This document shows positions 21,071 to 31,611 of a DNA stretch of 64,000 nt, in pieces. The stretch is from Candidatus Culexmicrobium cathedralense. Its GTDB lineage: Archaea > Thermoproteota > Methanomethylicia > Culexarchaeales > Culexmicrobiaceae. The stretch spans positions 416,001 to 480,000 of the forward strand of contig JANZKC010000002.1 in the NCBI GenBank assembly GCA_025061115.1. Direction: 5' to 3'. The notes below the pieces were generated by a model, which worked only from the letters and a program-made list of their open reading frames with translations, was not told the origin of the DNA and ran no database searches. The position numbers and the translations under genes are program-made. The stretch's first letter is position 1. Each line of letters starts with the position of its first letter.

Positions 21071-22201
21071 TCACCTCTTACTGATTTGTATGTATGAGAG
21101 GATCGAGAAAGCTACGTAGGCTACTCCTGACAGGATGAAAGTTATTAGATATCCGTATTTCTCCATTAACAGGCTAAATAGGATTAGTGATGAAAACTCT
21201 ATCGTTCTCAGAGGTATGTGGAGGATACCTATGTCTATTGACAGCGTTTCACGCCTATCTTTACTCACTTTGGCTATTATGGACTCATAGAAGCGCGTTC
21301 CAAGTCCGCTTGCAACCGCTAACGCCACAATGAAGACGGGCAGCAGCGTTTCTGATGAGAATGTCATGCATACACATGCAACTACGTATATCATGCTTTG
21401 AATTACTGCTCTAGTTAAGCTTAATGGCATCTTCATTGTGCCAAACACCGTTATGGCCGTAACTATATTGTATACCATGAATATGCCTCCAATCACCATG
21501 TAGCTGTAGCCAAGCTCTTTAGACATGAAGACGGGAAGTACAAGTGACGTTAATGGATATCTAGCTAAACTATTAATCGCCATAATCCCTGAAACAGCCC
21601 AAAAATCTCTACTCTTCCCTCTAAAGTCTAAAGCTTTAAGCGCTTGAAGTAAATTCAACTTCGCCTTTCTCCTCCCCTCACTCCACAAAAGTACTGTCGG
21701 ATACAGAAGCATCATAGAGGCAGCGGTAAGAAGAACAAATGCGCTCCAAGCTCCACTAATGGACATGACAAATCCAGTGACCGCTCCACCCACAGCTCCG
21801 CCAAGCGTAACTACTCCAATAACCCTAGTGGCTTCGCCAGCTTCTCTACTAGGCGATAATATGTAGGTGGCAGTCCTACTAACAGCCCAGTATGCTGAAA
21901 TAGAAACGCCCTCCATAACCTTACCAAGCGCAAAATCTAGAGGCGACCCAGCAACCAAATATATGATAGAAGCCAACGACAAAGCCAACCAATTAACTAC
22001 GAAAAGCGGAGACCAACCCACCTGATCAGCCAAAGCAGCAAACAAAATCCTAACGAAAAGAAAAACAAGTGGAAGAATAGACATTATTAATCCAATCTCA
22101 GCCAAACCAACATTCCTCTCCAATAAGACTAATGGAATTGCAATTCCTAGTCCACCTAAAACAAAGCTCGTTAGAAATGATGTCAGCAACACCCTCCACA
22201 T
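21071..22201 (-). CDS. MFS transporter
   Basis: About 12 hydrophobic helices; motif A-like ALADQVGW. Confidence 0.85.
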   Translation of the reverse strand: MWRVLLTSFLTSFVLGGLGIAIPLVLLERNVGLAEIGLIMSILPLVFLFVRILFAALADQVGWSPLFVVNWLALSLASIIYLVAGSPLDFALGKVMEGVSISAYWAVSRTATYILSPSREAGEATRVIGVVTLGGAVGGAVTGFVMSISGAWSAFVLLTAASMMLLYPTVLLWSEGRRKAKLNLLQALKALDFRGKSRDFWAVSGIMAINSLARYPLTSLVLPVFMSKELGYSYMVIGGIFMVYNIVTAITVFGTMKMPLSLTRAVIQSMIYVVACVCMTFSSETLLPVFIVALAVASGLGTRFYESIIAKVSKDRRETLSIDIGILHIPLRTIEFSSLILFSLLMEKYGYLITFILSGVAYVAFSILSYIQISKR

Positions 22202-22561
22202 GCCAAGTCACCAGCGCAAAACGACATAAAATAAACAACAAATATAAAATACTCTCTAGCTCAAAACCAGTTAATTCATAACTTCGTTTGCTTTAAATTA
22301 AATACTTTATCTAACTTCTCAAGATGCACAGTGTTTTATTCTTCAACGATAATCAAATGCACTAAAGAATCCAATATACTTTCGACGTTCTTCATCCAAC
22401 ATGCTTGCAAGCAGGATCCTGCCGCCTCCACAATGCATCACAAAATCAAGTTATGGCTATCGCCGTAAGCTCATGCATGATCTTGAGAATGGCAATATTG
22501 AGCGCTCTATGAAGGTTAATAAGCGTAAGCGTAAAAAATTTAGCTAAAATAGGTGTAAGAA

Positions 22562-24130
22562 ATGGCTGCTGGTGGCGGTGATGGAGCGCCAATTTCAGGA
22601 AAAGCTTTGAAAGAAGTGATTTCTCATCTTCACCCAAGGGAAAAGCTCGTTTTAATTGCATTGATGAAAGGCTTGAAGGATGCTGAGGATATAGCTGAAA
22701 GGCTTGGAATAAGTTTGGATGCAGTTATCTGGGCTTTGCAACTGCTTAAAAGCAAGGGCCTAGCCGAAGTAGAGGAGCAAATTGAGGTAAAGTACAATTT
22801 AGGCGATGAAGGAAGAAACTACCTCGAAAAATGCTTCCCAGAGGTAAGGCTAATAGCTAAAGTTAGGGAGGCAGGCGGCGAAGCCACGATAAAGGAGCTC
22901 AAGCTCGAAAAGGATGAATTAACTTTCGGCATAAGTTGGGCATTAAAGAGGAAATGGATAGAAATAAGGCGTAGAGATGGAGAAAGAGTAATTAAGCTAA
23001 CTGAAAAAGGGCTAAAAAGCTTGGAGAAACCCTACCCACCCATGCAGGTTCTAATAAAGCTAGATAAAGGAGAAGCGCTCTCCAGCGAAGATAAGCAAGT
23101 TCTAGCGGAATTAAAGCGCAGAGGCGACATCATAAGAGAAGCAAGAATAAAGCACTTAAAAGCGAAGTTGACGGCAATCGGAGCTGAAGTAGCCAAACTA
23201 ATCAAGCCAGTAGAGGAAGTAAGCGAGCTTACGAGAGAGCTCATAATAACGGGCAGGTGGAAGAAAGTTTACTTAAGGCCCTACAACGTTGAAGTCCCAA
23301 CAGCAACTCCAGTGAGAGGGAAAAAGCACCCCTACAGGGAAATCATCGACGAAATCAGGGAAGTACTAATCGGACTTGGATTCGAAGAGGTTTCAAGCCC
23401 ACCAATAGAAGTTAACTTCTGGAACTGCGATGCACTATTCATGCCATCAGACCACCCAGCTAGAGGAATACACGACATCTTCTACCTGAAAAGCAAAGCT
23501 CAGGTAAGCGAAGTAGCAACACCAGAAGTATGGGAAAGAGTGAAGAGCACCCATGAAAGCGGATGGACCACAGGATCTACAGGCTGGGGCCACTGGGACC
23601 CAAAGCTCGCTCTAAGGCTAATACTAAGAAGCCAAACAACAGCAGTATCTGCCAGGTACTTGTCAATTCTAAAGCAGGAAGACCTGCCCAAAAAGATATT
23701 CACGATAGATAGAAACTATAGGCCAGACCGAATAGACTCAACCCACCTTCCAGAATTCAATCAATGCGAAGGCATAGTAGTTGCAGAAAACGTCAATCTA
23801 AGACACCTAATAGGATTCATTAAGGCCATTGCTGAAGCCTTCGGCATAGAAGAAGTCAAGTTTCAGCCAGCATACTTCCCGTTCACCGAGCCAAGCGTAG
23901 TAGGCTACATCAAGCACCCAAAGCTAGGCTGGATAGAAGCATTGCCAGGAGGAATATTCAGGCCGGAAGTAGTGCGCCCACTAGGATTAAACGTTCCAGT
24001 ACTAGCTTGGGGCTTAGGCATTGATAGGCTAGCCATGGTTGCACTCGACATAGACGACATAAGAATGCTATTCACCCACAATCTGGAATGGCTTCGAAGC
24101 AAGTCAATCCCATCCATATGGAGGTGGTGA
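22562..24130 (+). CDS. pheS: Phenylalanine--tRNA ligase alpha subunit
   Basis: GKKHP, FWNCDALFMPSDHPAR, YRPDRIDSTHLPEFNQ, YFPFTEPS and AWGLGIDR. Confidence 0.97.
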   Translation: MAAGGGDGAPISGKALKEVISHLHPREKLVLIALMKGLKDAEDIAERLGISLDAVIWALQLLKSKGLAEVEEQIEVKYNLGDEGRNYLEKCFPEVRLIAKVREAGGEATIKELKLEKDELTFGISWALKRKWIEIRRRDGERVIKLTEKGLKSLEKPYPPMQVLIKLDKGEALSSEDKQVLAELKRRGDIIREARIKHLKAKLTAIGAEVAKLIKPVEEVSELTRELIITGRWKKVYLRPYNVEVPTATPVRGKKHPYREIIDEIREVLIGLGFEEVSSPPIEVNFWNCDALFMPSDHPARGIHDIFYLKSKAQVSEVATPEVWERVKSTHESGWTTGSTGWGHWDPKLALRLILRSQTTAVSARYLSILKQEDLPKKIFTIDRNYRPDRIDSTHLPEFNQCEGIVVAENVNLRHLIGFIKAIAEAFGIEEVKFQPAYFPFTEPSVVGYIKHPKLGWIEALPGGIFRPEVVRPLGLNVPVLAWGLGIDRLAMVALDIDDIRMLFTHNLEWLRSKSIPSIWRW

Positions 24131-24131
24131 A

Positions 24132-25838
24132 ATGCCAACCATAACCATAGACCTAACGGAGCTAAGAGAAATAATGGGTCCAGTAAGCCTAGAAAAGCTA
24201 GTTGAAGCCATAACTCAATTTAAAGGAGAAGTTAAAGGCGTAGAAGGCGACGAACTCATAGTTGAGCTTGAGCCAGACAGACCCGACATCCTAAGCGTAG
24301 AAGGACTATCAAGAGCCCTAAAGGGATACTTCGAAATGGAGCTAGGCCTCCACGAAGCCTCATTAAAGCCACTGAAAGATCCGAGCTTAACCGTAAAGGT
24401 GGTTAATGCAAAGGCAAGACCATACATAGCATGCGCAGTAATAAGAGGATTAAAGCTGGACGATAAAGCCGTCAGAAGCCTAATGAGAATGCAGGAAAAC
24501 CTGCACCTCACGCTGGGTAGAAATAGAAGGAAGGTAGCCATAGGCTTCCACGACCTAGAAGCAATAAGCCCACCAATAATATACACCGAAGCCAAGCCCA
24601 CAGACACCATAATCCCGCTGGAAATGCCAGTTAAAATGAAGCTCAAAGAAGTATTGGAAAGGCACCCCAAAGGAATCGAGTTTAAGCACCTAATCTCAAA
24701 GGGCTACCCAGTGTACATTGATGAGGAGGGAATATTTAGCTTCCCGCCAATAATAAACAGCGAAAGAACGAAGGTCACTGAGAAAACTGAAAACCTATTC
24801 GTAGAGCTCACTGGAATAGATGCTAAAGCAGTTAAGCAAACCCTAAACATCATAGCCTTCAACCTAATCGATAGAGGAGGCGAAGTACAACTAGTAAAAG
24901 TGGAGTACGAAGACAGAATTGAAGTCACCCCGAACCTAAAGCCCAGAAAAATGAAAATAAACCTAAAAGAAGTTTCAAAGCTGATAGGCATCCAGCTAGA
25001 CGAGAAGCTCGCAAAACACCTACTTGAAAAAATGCGCTACGGAGCATCCATCAGAAGCAAAAACGAGCTGGAAGTCCTCATCCCAGCCTACAGGGTAGAC
25101 GTAATGCACATGGTTGACGTAGCGGAAGACATAGCCATAGCATATGGATACGACAAATTAACGCCAGAACTACCAAGTATAGTCACCGTAGGAAAGCCAT
25201 CTTTAATGGAAGTTCTCGAAGCGAAGATAAGGCAATCACTAGTGGGACTAGGACTCCAAGAGGTAATGACCTTCACGCTATCTGGAAAGAAGCTGCAAGC
25301 CGAATTAATGAACATGAAAAACTTACAGCTAGTTGAAATAGAAAATCCAATAACATCGGATCTAAACGTCTACAGGCGCTGGATAACCCCCCACCTCATG
25401 CGCTTCCTATCCCAAAACAAGCACGTAAACTACCCGCAAAAAATCTTCGAAATAGGGTATGTGGCAGTGCCCTTAAATGGGAAAGTTAAAGTCCTGAGAA
25501 ACACGGCAGCGGCAGTAGCATCCTCCAAAGCAACGTTCACCGAAATTCAAGGAATCCTACAAGCACTAGCATTAGACCTAGGACTAAGCGTTAAGCTAAG
25601 AAAAACCGAGCACCCATCATTCATACCAGGAAGAACAGCAGCCATAATAATCAACGGCGAAGTCGCAGGCGTAATAGGCGAAATTCACCCCCAAGTACTC
25701 AACAACTTTGAACTTGAAGTCCCAGTAGTCGCATTCGAAATAACCCACTACAAGCCCACCTATCCAAATGCGCCTGAAAAGCCCAAATCAATTAGCAATG
25801 GAATTAAGGCAATCTGGATATGGCAAATAGCAAGATGA
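24132..25838 (+). CDS. pheT: Phenylalanine--tRNA ligase beta subunit
   Basis: MPTI, DRPDILSVEG, SFPPIINS, YRVDVMH.VD..ED.AIAYGY and GEIHP. Confidence 0.97.
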   Translation: MPTITIDLTELREIMGPVSLEKLVEAITQFKGEVKGVEGDELIVELEPDRPDILSVEGLSRALKGYFEMELGLHEASLKPLKDPSLTVKVVNAKARPYIACAVIRGLKLDDKAVRSLMRMQENLHLTLGRNRRKVAIGFHDLEAISPPIIYTEAKPTDTIIPLEMPVKMKLKEVLERHPKGIEFKHLISKGYPVYIDEEGIFSFPPIINSERTKVTEKTENLFVELTGIDAKAVKQTLNIIAFNLIDRGGEVQLVKVEYEDRIEVTPNLKPRKMKINLKEVSKLIGIQLDEKLAKHLLEKMRYGASIRSKNELEVLIPAYRVDVMHMVDVAEDIAIAYGYDKLTPELPSIVTVGKPSLMEVLEAKIRQSLVGLGLQEVMTFTLSGKKLQAELMNMKNLQLVEIENPITSDLNVYRRWITPHLMRFLSQNKHVNYPQKIFEIGYVAVPLNGKVKVLRNTAAAVASSKATFTEIQGILQALALDLGLSVKLRKTEHPSFIPGRTAAIIINGEVAGVIGEIHPQVLNNFELEVPVVAFEITHYKPTYPNAPEKPKSISNGIKAIWIWQIAR

Positions 25839-26168
25839 AACCCAAAGCCTAGGAGAAGTCGGCTCCACACGTAATCGCCACAATTCAATCAAAAACCAAG
25901 AACGCCGCCCATCAACCAAACGTGAAGGTCTCAACCTTCAGCCAACATCCATAAATCCAAAACATGAAAAACACGCCGGAAACTTCAAACTAGCAATTCA
26001 AGCAAAAGCCAAATAAATTGATGAAAGCTGCGTAAAGCTACTGCAGAAACACGCAGCAAATCGATTCTACTAAATAAATGACAGTAAAGATTAACTAACC
26101 CTTCAAGTTCACCAGAAAAAGTAACAAATAAATTTTGAAAGAAAATAGAGAGTAGTAAGGTGAATAGT

Positions 26169-26324
26169 ATGGCTAGATGCCCCATATGCGGCGCTGAAGT
26201 TAAAGATGAAGACATGGTCAAGTGCGAAATGTGCTTCCTAAGAGTGTGCCCAAACTGCATAACCGAAAGAGAAGGAACAAAAGTATGCACGCGATGCGCA
26301 AAATTCATGGACCTAGTAGGCTAA
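26169..26324 (+). CDS. 51-aa double zinc-finger microprotein (not in the ORF track)
   Basis: MARCPICGAEVKDEDMVKCEMCFLRVCPNCITEREGTKVCTRCAKFMDLVG*; four CxxC pairs; AAGGTGA SD upstream. Confidence 0.8.
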   Translation: MARCPICGAEVKDEDMVKCEMCFLRVCPNCITEREGTKVCTRCAKFMDLVG

Positions 26325-26407
26325 AGCACCAAACAAACATAAAACTTAACATTAAATTATTTAATAATCAAAGTAGATGTAGATCAAATTTTATATACAA
26401 CACCAAA

Positions 26408-27082
26408 CTATACTTCCCATCTCGGCCTTAATGAAAGCGTCACCGAGCCCTCAAACATTTTCAAGTGCAAAGCCAATGGCTTAAGATCATCAACAGACTT
26501 TCCAAATCTCAACTCCACATACGGATTCAATATCGCGTAAATCGCGTAGTTTATCTTCAACCTAACAACCTCTGGAGGCTCATGAAAGTCTATGAAAAAT
26601 ATCTTATTTGCCGAAAACAAATACTCATCAGGAACATGCCTAAAGGTTCCGCAATGTTGAAAAATAACTTCCTGCGATGACTGAAGCGCACCAGCAAATT
26701 CAAGACCAGTTATAGCAATCGCATAACCCTTAAAGATAGGGCTCAACTTCACCTCCTCTTCCATTTTAACCCACATTATCATAAGCCTTAAACCAAAATC
26801 CGCATAGTCATCCCCGCCTATCCAACCAGAATCCCTATATGCAGCCACCACCAATCCAAACGCAACATCTCCAAATAAGCTTCCAAATCTCACAACAGTG
26901 CTATTACAAACCGTTAGAGCTCCCCTGGAATAAAAGTTACGTAAAGCATCATAAAGCGATTGAGAAGTTAAAGGAATATAAATCGGACTGCTCAAAGCAT
27001 GCATGCCTAAAATTAAAAGAGTAATCAACGAAAAGAGCAGTATAATTTTCCTTTTAGTTAAGTTCATATTATCAAGCTCCAA
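26408..27082 (-). CDS. Hypothetical membrane-anchored/secreted protein
   Basis: N-terminal KRK plus hydrophobic stretch; overlaps the stop of the upstream gene. Confidence 0.6.
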   Translation of the reverse strand: MELDNMNLTKRKIILLFSLITLLILGMHALSSPIYIPLTSQSLYDALRNFYSRGALTVCNSTVVRFGSLFGDVAFGLVVAAYRDSGWIGGDDYADFGLRLMIMWVKMEEEVKLSPIFKGYAIAITGLEFAGALQSSQEVIFQHCGTFRHVPDEYLFSANKIFFIDFHEPPEVVRLKINYAIYAILNPYVELRFGKSVDDLKPLALHLKMFEGSVTLSLRPRWEV

Positions 27083-27911
27083 CCGGCTTAACCTTAAAAG
27101 TAATATATGTGCTGAAAGTCGTGTACACTACGTCTACTGCATCAAGAGGCAAAAAATTCACAGTATAGGGATCAAGCAGGTCTATACTTTGAAGTCCATT
27201 TTCAACGCAAATATAAAACGACGCGGTCCACGTTAATTTACACGTCACAGTATATGTATGAGTCTCATCAAAACCGCGAGTCACCCAAAATTCTATTCTT
27301 GCTCCAAGCTCACTTAAATCTCCAGCTGCCATAGTTGAAATACGACCCCAATCGGATTGAATTTCTGAAACTTTCGACAAAAATTTAAATGGATTAGGCC
27401 ATGCGAATCCAGTTTTAAGCTGGACAACACTCCACAAAAGATCAATAATAATGTCGATAAAATCGGAGCCTTGCGGTCTCTTCCAACAATTAATAAAGCG
27501 AACAGCATTCTTAGCAGCGTCACCAGTAAATATCGTTCCATTAGTTTCATCCTTAACTTGAACTACCTCAACTTCATAATATATTGAGCCCGTCTGAGAC
27601 CACCATTCTTGACCACCGCAATACCATGACCTAACCCCCTCACTTCCACCCATCAAAATTTGTCCTAAACCGTCAAATTCAAAAACTGTAATCCAATTAG
27701 CGGCATAAGCAAAGTCACCAATAGTGTGGTAATGATATTCTCCTCCTATTGGAGGATAAATGTGACCCCATTGAACTTCATAATCGCCTTTAAGCTCGCC
27801 ATCTCCATTAAAGCCAAAAGCAAATCCCATACTTAAACATGACATTAGGAACAAGCATAATAGGAATATTATTATTTTTTGATTTTCACCATTTTTCATA
27901 ATTTTCACCAT
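27072..27911 (-). CDS. Hypothetical secreted protein
   Basis: Signal-peptide-like N-terminus and aromatic/beta-rich body; AT-rich context 3' of tRNA-Thr. Confidence 0.65.
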   Translation of the reverse strand: MVKIMKNGENQKIIIFLLCLFLMSCLSMGFAFGFNGDGELKGDYEVQWGHIYPPIGGEYHYHTIGDFAYAANWITVFEFDGLGQILMGGSEGVRSWYCGGQEWWSQTGSIYYEVEVVQVKDETNGTIFTGDAAKNAVRFINCWKRPQGSDFIDIIIDLLWSVVQLKTGFAWPNPFKFLSKVSEIQSDWGRISTMAAGDLSELGARIEFWVTRGFDETHTYTVTCKLTWTASFYICVENGLQSIDLLDPYTVNFLPLDAVDVVYTTFSTYITFKVKPVGA

Positions 27912-28017
27912 TTAATAATATAGCATATTATTTATATTTATATTTTACGTAAAAATCATCTTTAAAAATACATTTAACTGTTTGATCGTAATCAAATTCA
28001 TAATTTATTTGGTTTGT

Positions 28018-28095
28018 TGGAGCCCCGGGCGGGATTTGAACCCGCGACCTACGCCTTACCAAGGCGCCGCTCTAACCCGGCTGAGCTACCGGGGC
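28018..28095 (-). tRNA. tRNA-Thr(GGT), CCA encoded
   Basis: GCCCCGG...GCGCC-TT-GGT-AA-GGCGT...CCGGGGCTCCA. Confidence 0.97.
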
Positions 28096-28188
28096 TTACC
28101 CAGTCTAAATGTGCAATAAACCTATATGATTTTAACTCCTCAGTGGGTTGAGAATTGAACTTCGTTAAGGCTTAGATTGATGGGTGGT

Positions 28189-29088
28189 CTAAGCTGTTGT
28201 AATTAGTGGACCATCTCTAAGTACGATTACTGTGTGCTCTGCTTGAGCTACCAAGCCGCCCCCAGCTTCCTTTAAAACTGGATACGAATGTAAAGCGCCC
28301 TTACTTGCGAGGTTCTGAAGAGCAGCTCTTATTTGAGTTAATGAGCCGCAGTCCAAGAGCCAACGCTCAGAGAACGGCAGTCCCCTAAACTTTGACTTAA
28401 TCTTCTTGAGAAGCTTCTTTTCGAAGCGATTTTTAGCTCCTTTAACTTTAATGAAACTGTAAATGCACACTTGGTCGGTGTCAACGACACTTCCAATGCC
28501 TGTGGTTGCAAAGGGCTCTACAGCATAAACCTCACCCTCCAAGACTACTGCATCATAGCTCGTCGCTACATTTGGTATGCTTTTCCCTCCGTGCAGAAGG
28601 TACCTCCTCATCAAGTGTCCGGAGAGATTGCTTATTGGCTTGAAGCCTAACCTCTTGATCTCACCTTCAATTGCAGATGAAATCCTCCTGATACTAACTC
28701 CAGGCTTCATCAGCTGGATAGCAGCTTCAAGAGCTTTTTCAGCCGCTTCGACCAATTCCATGAAATCAGGGTTAAAACATAGAGTTATAGCTGCATCAGC
28801 AATGTAGCCATCCACATGAGCTCCAACATCAACCTTAACTAGAGAGCCGTCGGGAACCTCAAGCTGATCATCAGCTGGAGAAGAATAGTGCGCAGCAACT
28901 TCATTAATCGACACGTTGCAGGGAAATGCAGGAGAAGCACCAAGCTCATAAATCAGATTTTCCAAAGACTCGCAGATGTCAACTACTCGAGCCCCTGGCT
29001 TAACAATTTCAGCCGCCCTCTTAAGCACTTGCTTAACAACTCTCCCAGCGCGGAGAAGCTTCTCAACTTCCTCACTGCTCAACTCCAT
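28189..29088 (-). CDS. map: Type II methionine aminopeptidase
   Basis: AFPCNVSINEVAAHY, KVDVGAHVDGYIAD, NLSGH, EPFAT and AQAEHT. Confidence 0.96.
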   Translation of the reverse strand: MELSSEEVEKLLRAGRVVKQVLKRAAEIVKPGARVVDICESLENLIYELGASPAFPCNVSINEVAAHYSSPADDQLEVPDGSLVKVDVGAHVDGYIADAAITLCFNPDFMELVEAAEKALEAAIQLMKPGVSIRRISSAIEGEIKRLGFKPISNLSGHLMRRYLLHGGKSIPNVATSYDAVVLEGEVYAVEPFATTGIGSVVDTDQVCIYSFIKVKGAKNRFEKKLLKKIKSKFRGLPFSERWLLDCGSLTQIRAALQNLASKGALHSYPVLKEAGGGLVAQAEHTVIVLRDGPLITTA

Positions 29089-29159
29089 TAAACCTCCCCC
29101 AAACATGCATTGGCAAAGGAAAGCTTAAAACCTTATCAGCTAAAAATAGTGATGGTGAG

Positions 29160-29237
29160 GGGCCCGTAGCTCAGCCTGGTAAGAGCACTCGGCTGATAAC
29201 CGAGGGGTCGTGGGTTCAAATCCCACCGGGCCCACCA
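29160..29237 (+). tRNA. tRNA-Ile(GAT), CCA encoded
   Basis: GGGCCCG...CTCGG-CT-GAT-AA-CCGAG...CGGGCCCACCA. Confidence 0.97.
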
Positions 29238-29250
29238 TAAACATCAATAC

Positions 29251-29949
29251 CTATCTCACGAACTTTCCCGGACTTTTCAAAAACTCAATCATCACTTGAA
29301 GCCAGCCCAACTCACGGGCTTCAATGGCGATTTTCTCCCAATTCAATTTCGCAATTAGAAGCAACAACAAGATGGAAAGGATAAATGAAGCAAGTCCAGA
29401 AACAATGGGATCCCCGCCAAAAGCAATGCCTAGCCCCCGACCAATTGCTGCAGTAACCCCGACTATCAGCGTCTTCCCAATAAAAACAGCTACAAAGAAC
29501 TTGCATGGACTATACATTGAAAAGCTAATTGGCACGTAAAGAATGTCGTCAGGCAAGGGCAAAGCAGCAAAAAGGAAAATAGCAGAAAAAATGCTTCTCT
29601 CAAAAAGCTTGCTAAACCTCTGAAGATTGCTTCTCACCCTAATCGAAAGAAAAGAGCTCAAACTTCGCCCAGCGAGCAATATTATCAATTTGCCAAGTGC
29701 AGATCCAAGGCCTCCCAAAATCGATATAACCAACAATTCACTAACCGAAAGTTCGACCAAAGCAGAATACTCCACAACCACCAGCAAATAGGGCAAACCA
29801 ACATATGGAGTTGCATTCCCAATGAGGGAGGCGAGGAAAATCCCAACTGGACCCAGCATCCTCAAAAAGTCGATGACATCATTCAAGCCAAAAAGAGATC
29901 CACAAGTATTTCCAAAGCCAATTGCACAATAGTTAGCCGAAAAATCCAT
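29251..29949 (-). CDS. VTT/DedA-family membrane protein (start uncertain; may be TTG 29886)
   Basis: GIFLASLIGNATPY..LPY, GLGSALGK and FLFAALPLPDD...F.A...GK pattern. Confidence 0.8.
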   Translation of the reverse strand: MDFSANYCAIGFGNTCGSLFGLNDVIDFLRMLGPVGIFLASLIGNATPYVGLPYLLVVVEYSALVELSVSELLVISILGGLGSALGKLIILLAGRSLSSFLSIRVRSNLQRFSKLFERSIFSAIFLFAALPLPDDILYVPISFSMYSPCKFFVAVFIGKTLIVGVTAAIGRGLGIAFGGDPIVSGLASFILSILLLLLIAKLNWEKIAIEARELGWLQVMIEFLKSPGKFVR

Positions 29950-30007
29950 GAGGACAGCCAACCTACTAATGCAAACCACATAGCTGCAATTCAAGCTGGA
30001 AACTCCC

Positions 30008-31168
30008 CTAAGCATCATCAAGCTTAGCGAATTCGCAGGGAACCTCAAACGCTTTACCCAAAACTTCACCATAAACCGAGGCCACCAAACTGGCAATTCT
30101 CTCCCAAGAATACCTTTTAACAGCAATCTCCCTACCAGCCATCCCCATCCTCCAAGCCAAGTCACGATCGCATAGCAATTGAACAATTCGCTCAGCAAGC
30201 AAAACCTCATTTCCAGGAGGAACAAGGAAGCCGCTCGCACCATCACATACAACTTCAGGCAGCCCCCCAACTGCCGAAGCTATGATAGGCCTTCCCGAAG
30301 CCATCGCCTCGAGGGCAACAATTCCAAAACTCTCCCTATACAAGCTCGGCATCACCACTACCCTGGATCTTCGATAAATACTAGGCAACCTATCCTCAGA
30401 GACCCTCCCTAGAAATCTAACCTTACCATTCAAGTCAAACTGCCAAACAAGCATTTTAAGGAAGGGAAGCATGTACCCCTCCCCAACAACGAGCAGCTTT
30501 GCATCCGGCACTTCCCTCACGACTCTCGAGAAGGCCTTTATGAGCACATGAACACCCTTTCTGTGAACCAGCCTTCCAACATACAAAACCACCTGCTCAT
30601 CAGGCTCAGATTCCGGCGGATGAAAGCGATGCACATCCACTCCATTTGGGATTATTAAGCTCTCAGCACCATTTCCAAGCAAGTTCTCAATAAATGAAGC
30701 TGCGCACTTACTAACCGAAATTATGCGATTTGCCTTCGAAATAAAGTACCTCAAGAACATCAAGCCCCTGCAAGACATCAAAGTCAGCGCAGAAGATGGA
30801 GTGCTGCCAGCAGCACTATGATTTGTTAAAACCCTCGGCACCCCAAACCTCTCAGCAACATGCAAAGTAAGTAGCGGAGTAGGCGTGAAAGCATGATGAG
30901 CGTGAACTATGTCAGGAGAAAAATCGGAGATCACCCGCTTCAATGAGCCCAAATTGGGAGGGGAAATTGGATTTTGAATTGGAATTGCAGGGTCAACATA
31001 TATGATGGGCGCGTCAAACTGCAATTCCCCACTAACCCTACTATTCAACTTAGTTAGAATTGCAACTTCAAATCCCAGCTTCACAAGAAAAGTGGAAAGC
31101 TCCCTAACGTGCCTCTGAACGCCTCCAGGCGTAAGAGGATGCCACTCAATAGCCATGAGAACCCTCAA
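30008..31168 (-). CDS. Glycosyltransferase family 4 (PIG-A-like)
   Basis: PGGVQRHV, HAH, TNHS, IPNGVD, VGRL..RKG and ESFGIVALEAMASG. Confidence 0.92.
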   Translation of the reverse strand: MRVLMAIEWHPLTPGGVQRHVRELSTFLVKLGFEVAILTKLNSRVSGELQFDAPIIYVDPAIPIQNPISPPNLGSLKRVISDFSPDIVHAHHAFTPTPLLTLHVAERFGVPRVLTNHSAAGSTPSSALTLMSCRGLMFLRYFISKANRIISVSKCAASFIENLLGNGAESLIIPNGVDVHRFHPPESEPDEQVVLYVGRLVHRKGVHVLIKAFSRVVREVPDAKLLVVGEGYMLPFLKMLVWQFDLNGKVRFLGRVSEDRLPSIYRRSRVVVMPSLYRESFGIVALEAMASGRPIIASAVGGLPEVVCDGASGFLVPPGNEVLLAERIVQLLCDRDLAWRMGMAGREIAVKRYSWERIASLVASVYGEVLGKAFEVPCEFAKLDDA

Positions 31169-31244
31169 AATACCACCAAAAACCATACGAAAAACGAATA
31201 TATAAGATTTGAACACAACTCAAAGTGCAATTGAGGGAGGAGGC

Positions 31245-31610
31245 ATGCTGAACGGCGAAGCCATAAGCATTGAAAAGTCCATGTATAGGGGGATGTTCAG
31301 ACCACTAATACTCTCCCTACTCGATAGGTCTATGATGAGGTTCTACCAAATATTTAAAGCTATACGCCAAATAACGGGCAGAAAGCCAAGCTTAAGCACC
31401 ATACATGACATACTGGTAGAGCTTGAAAGCAAGAAACTCATAAAAAGCATAACAACCCAAACAAGCGAAAAGTACTATCAAATCACCGAAAACGGCAGAA
31501 AAACCCTAAATGAGATTAGAGCCAAGTGTAAGTCCCACATAATTGACATAATAAGCTTAATCTTTGAAGTGCAAGAGAAAAGCAAGAACCGAGTTAACAA
31601 GCGGTGGTAA
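31245..31610 (+). CDS. PadR-family transcriptional regulator
   Basis: LILSLL...Y.I...I...PS..TI..IL..LE...I...KYY.IT..G wHTH pattern. Confidence 0.85.
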   Translation: MLNGEAISIEKSMYRGMFRPLILSLLDRSMMRFYQIFKAIRQITGRKPSLSTIHDILVELESKKLIKSITTQTSEKYYQITENGRKTLNEIRAKCKSHIIDIISLIFEVQEKSKNRVNKRW

Positions 31611-31611
31611 A

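Noticed and set aside
29950-30270. Long N-terminal extension of the DedA ORF
   Set aside because: It overlaps the GT4 gene in another frame and has no DedA character; ORF-caller overextension.
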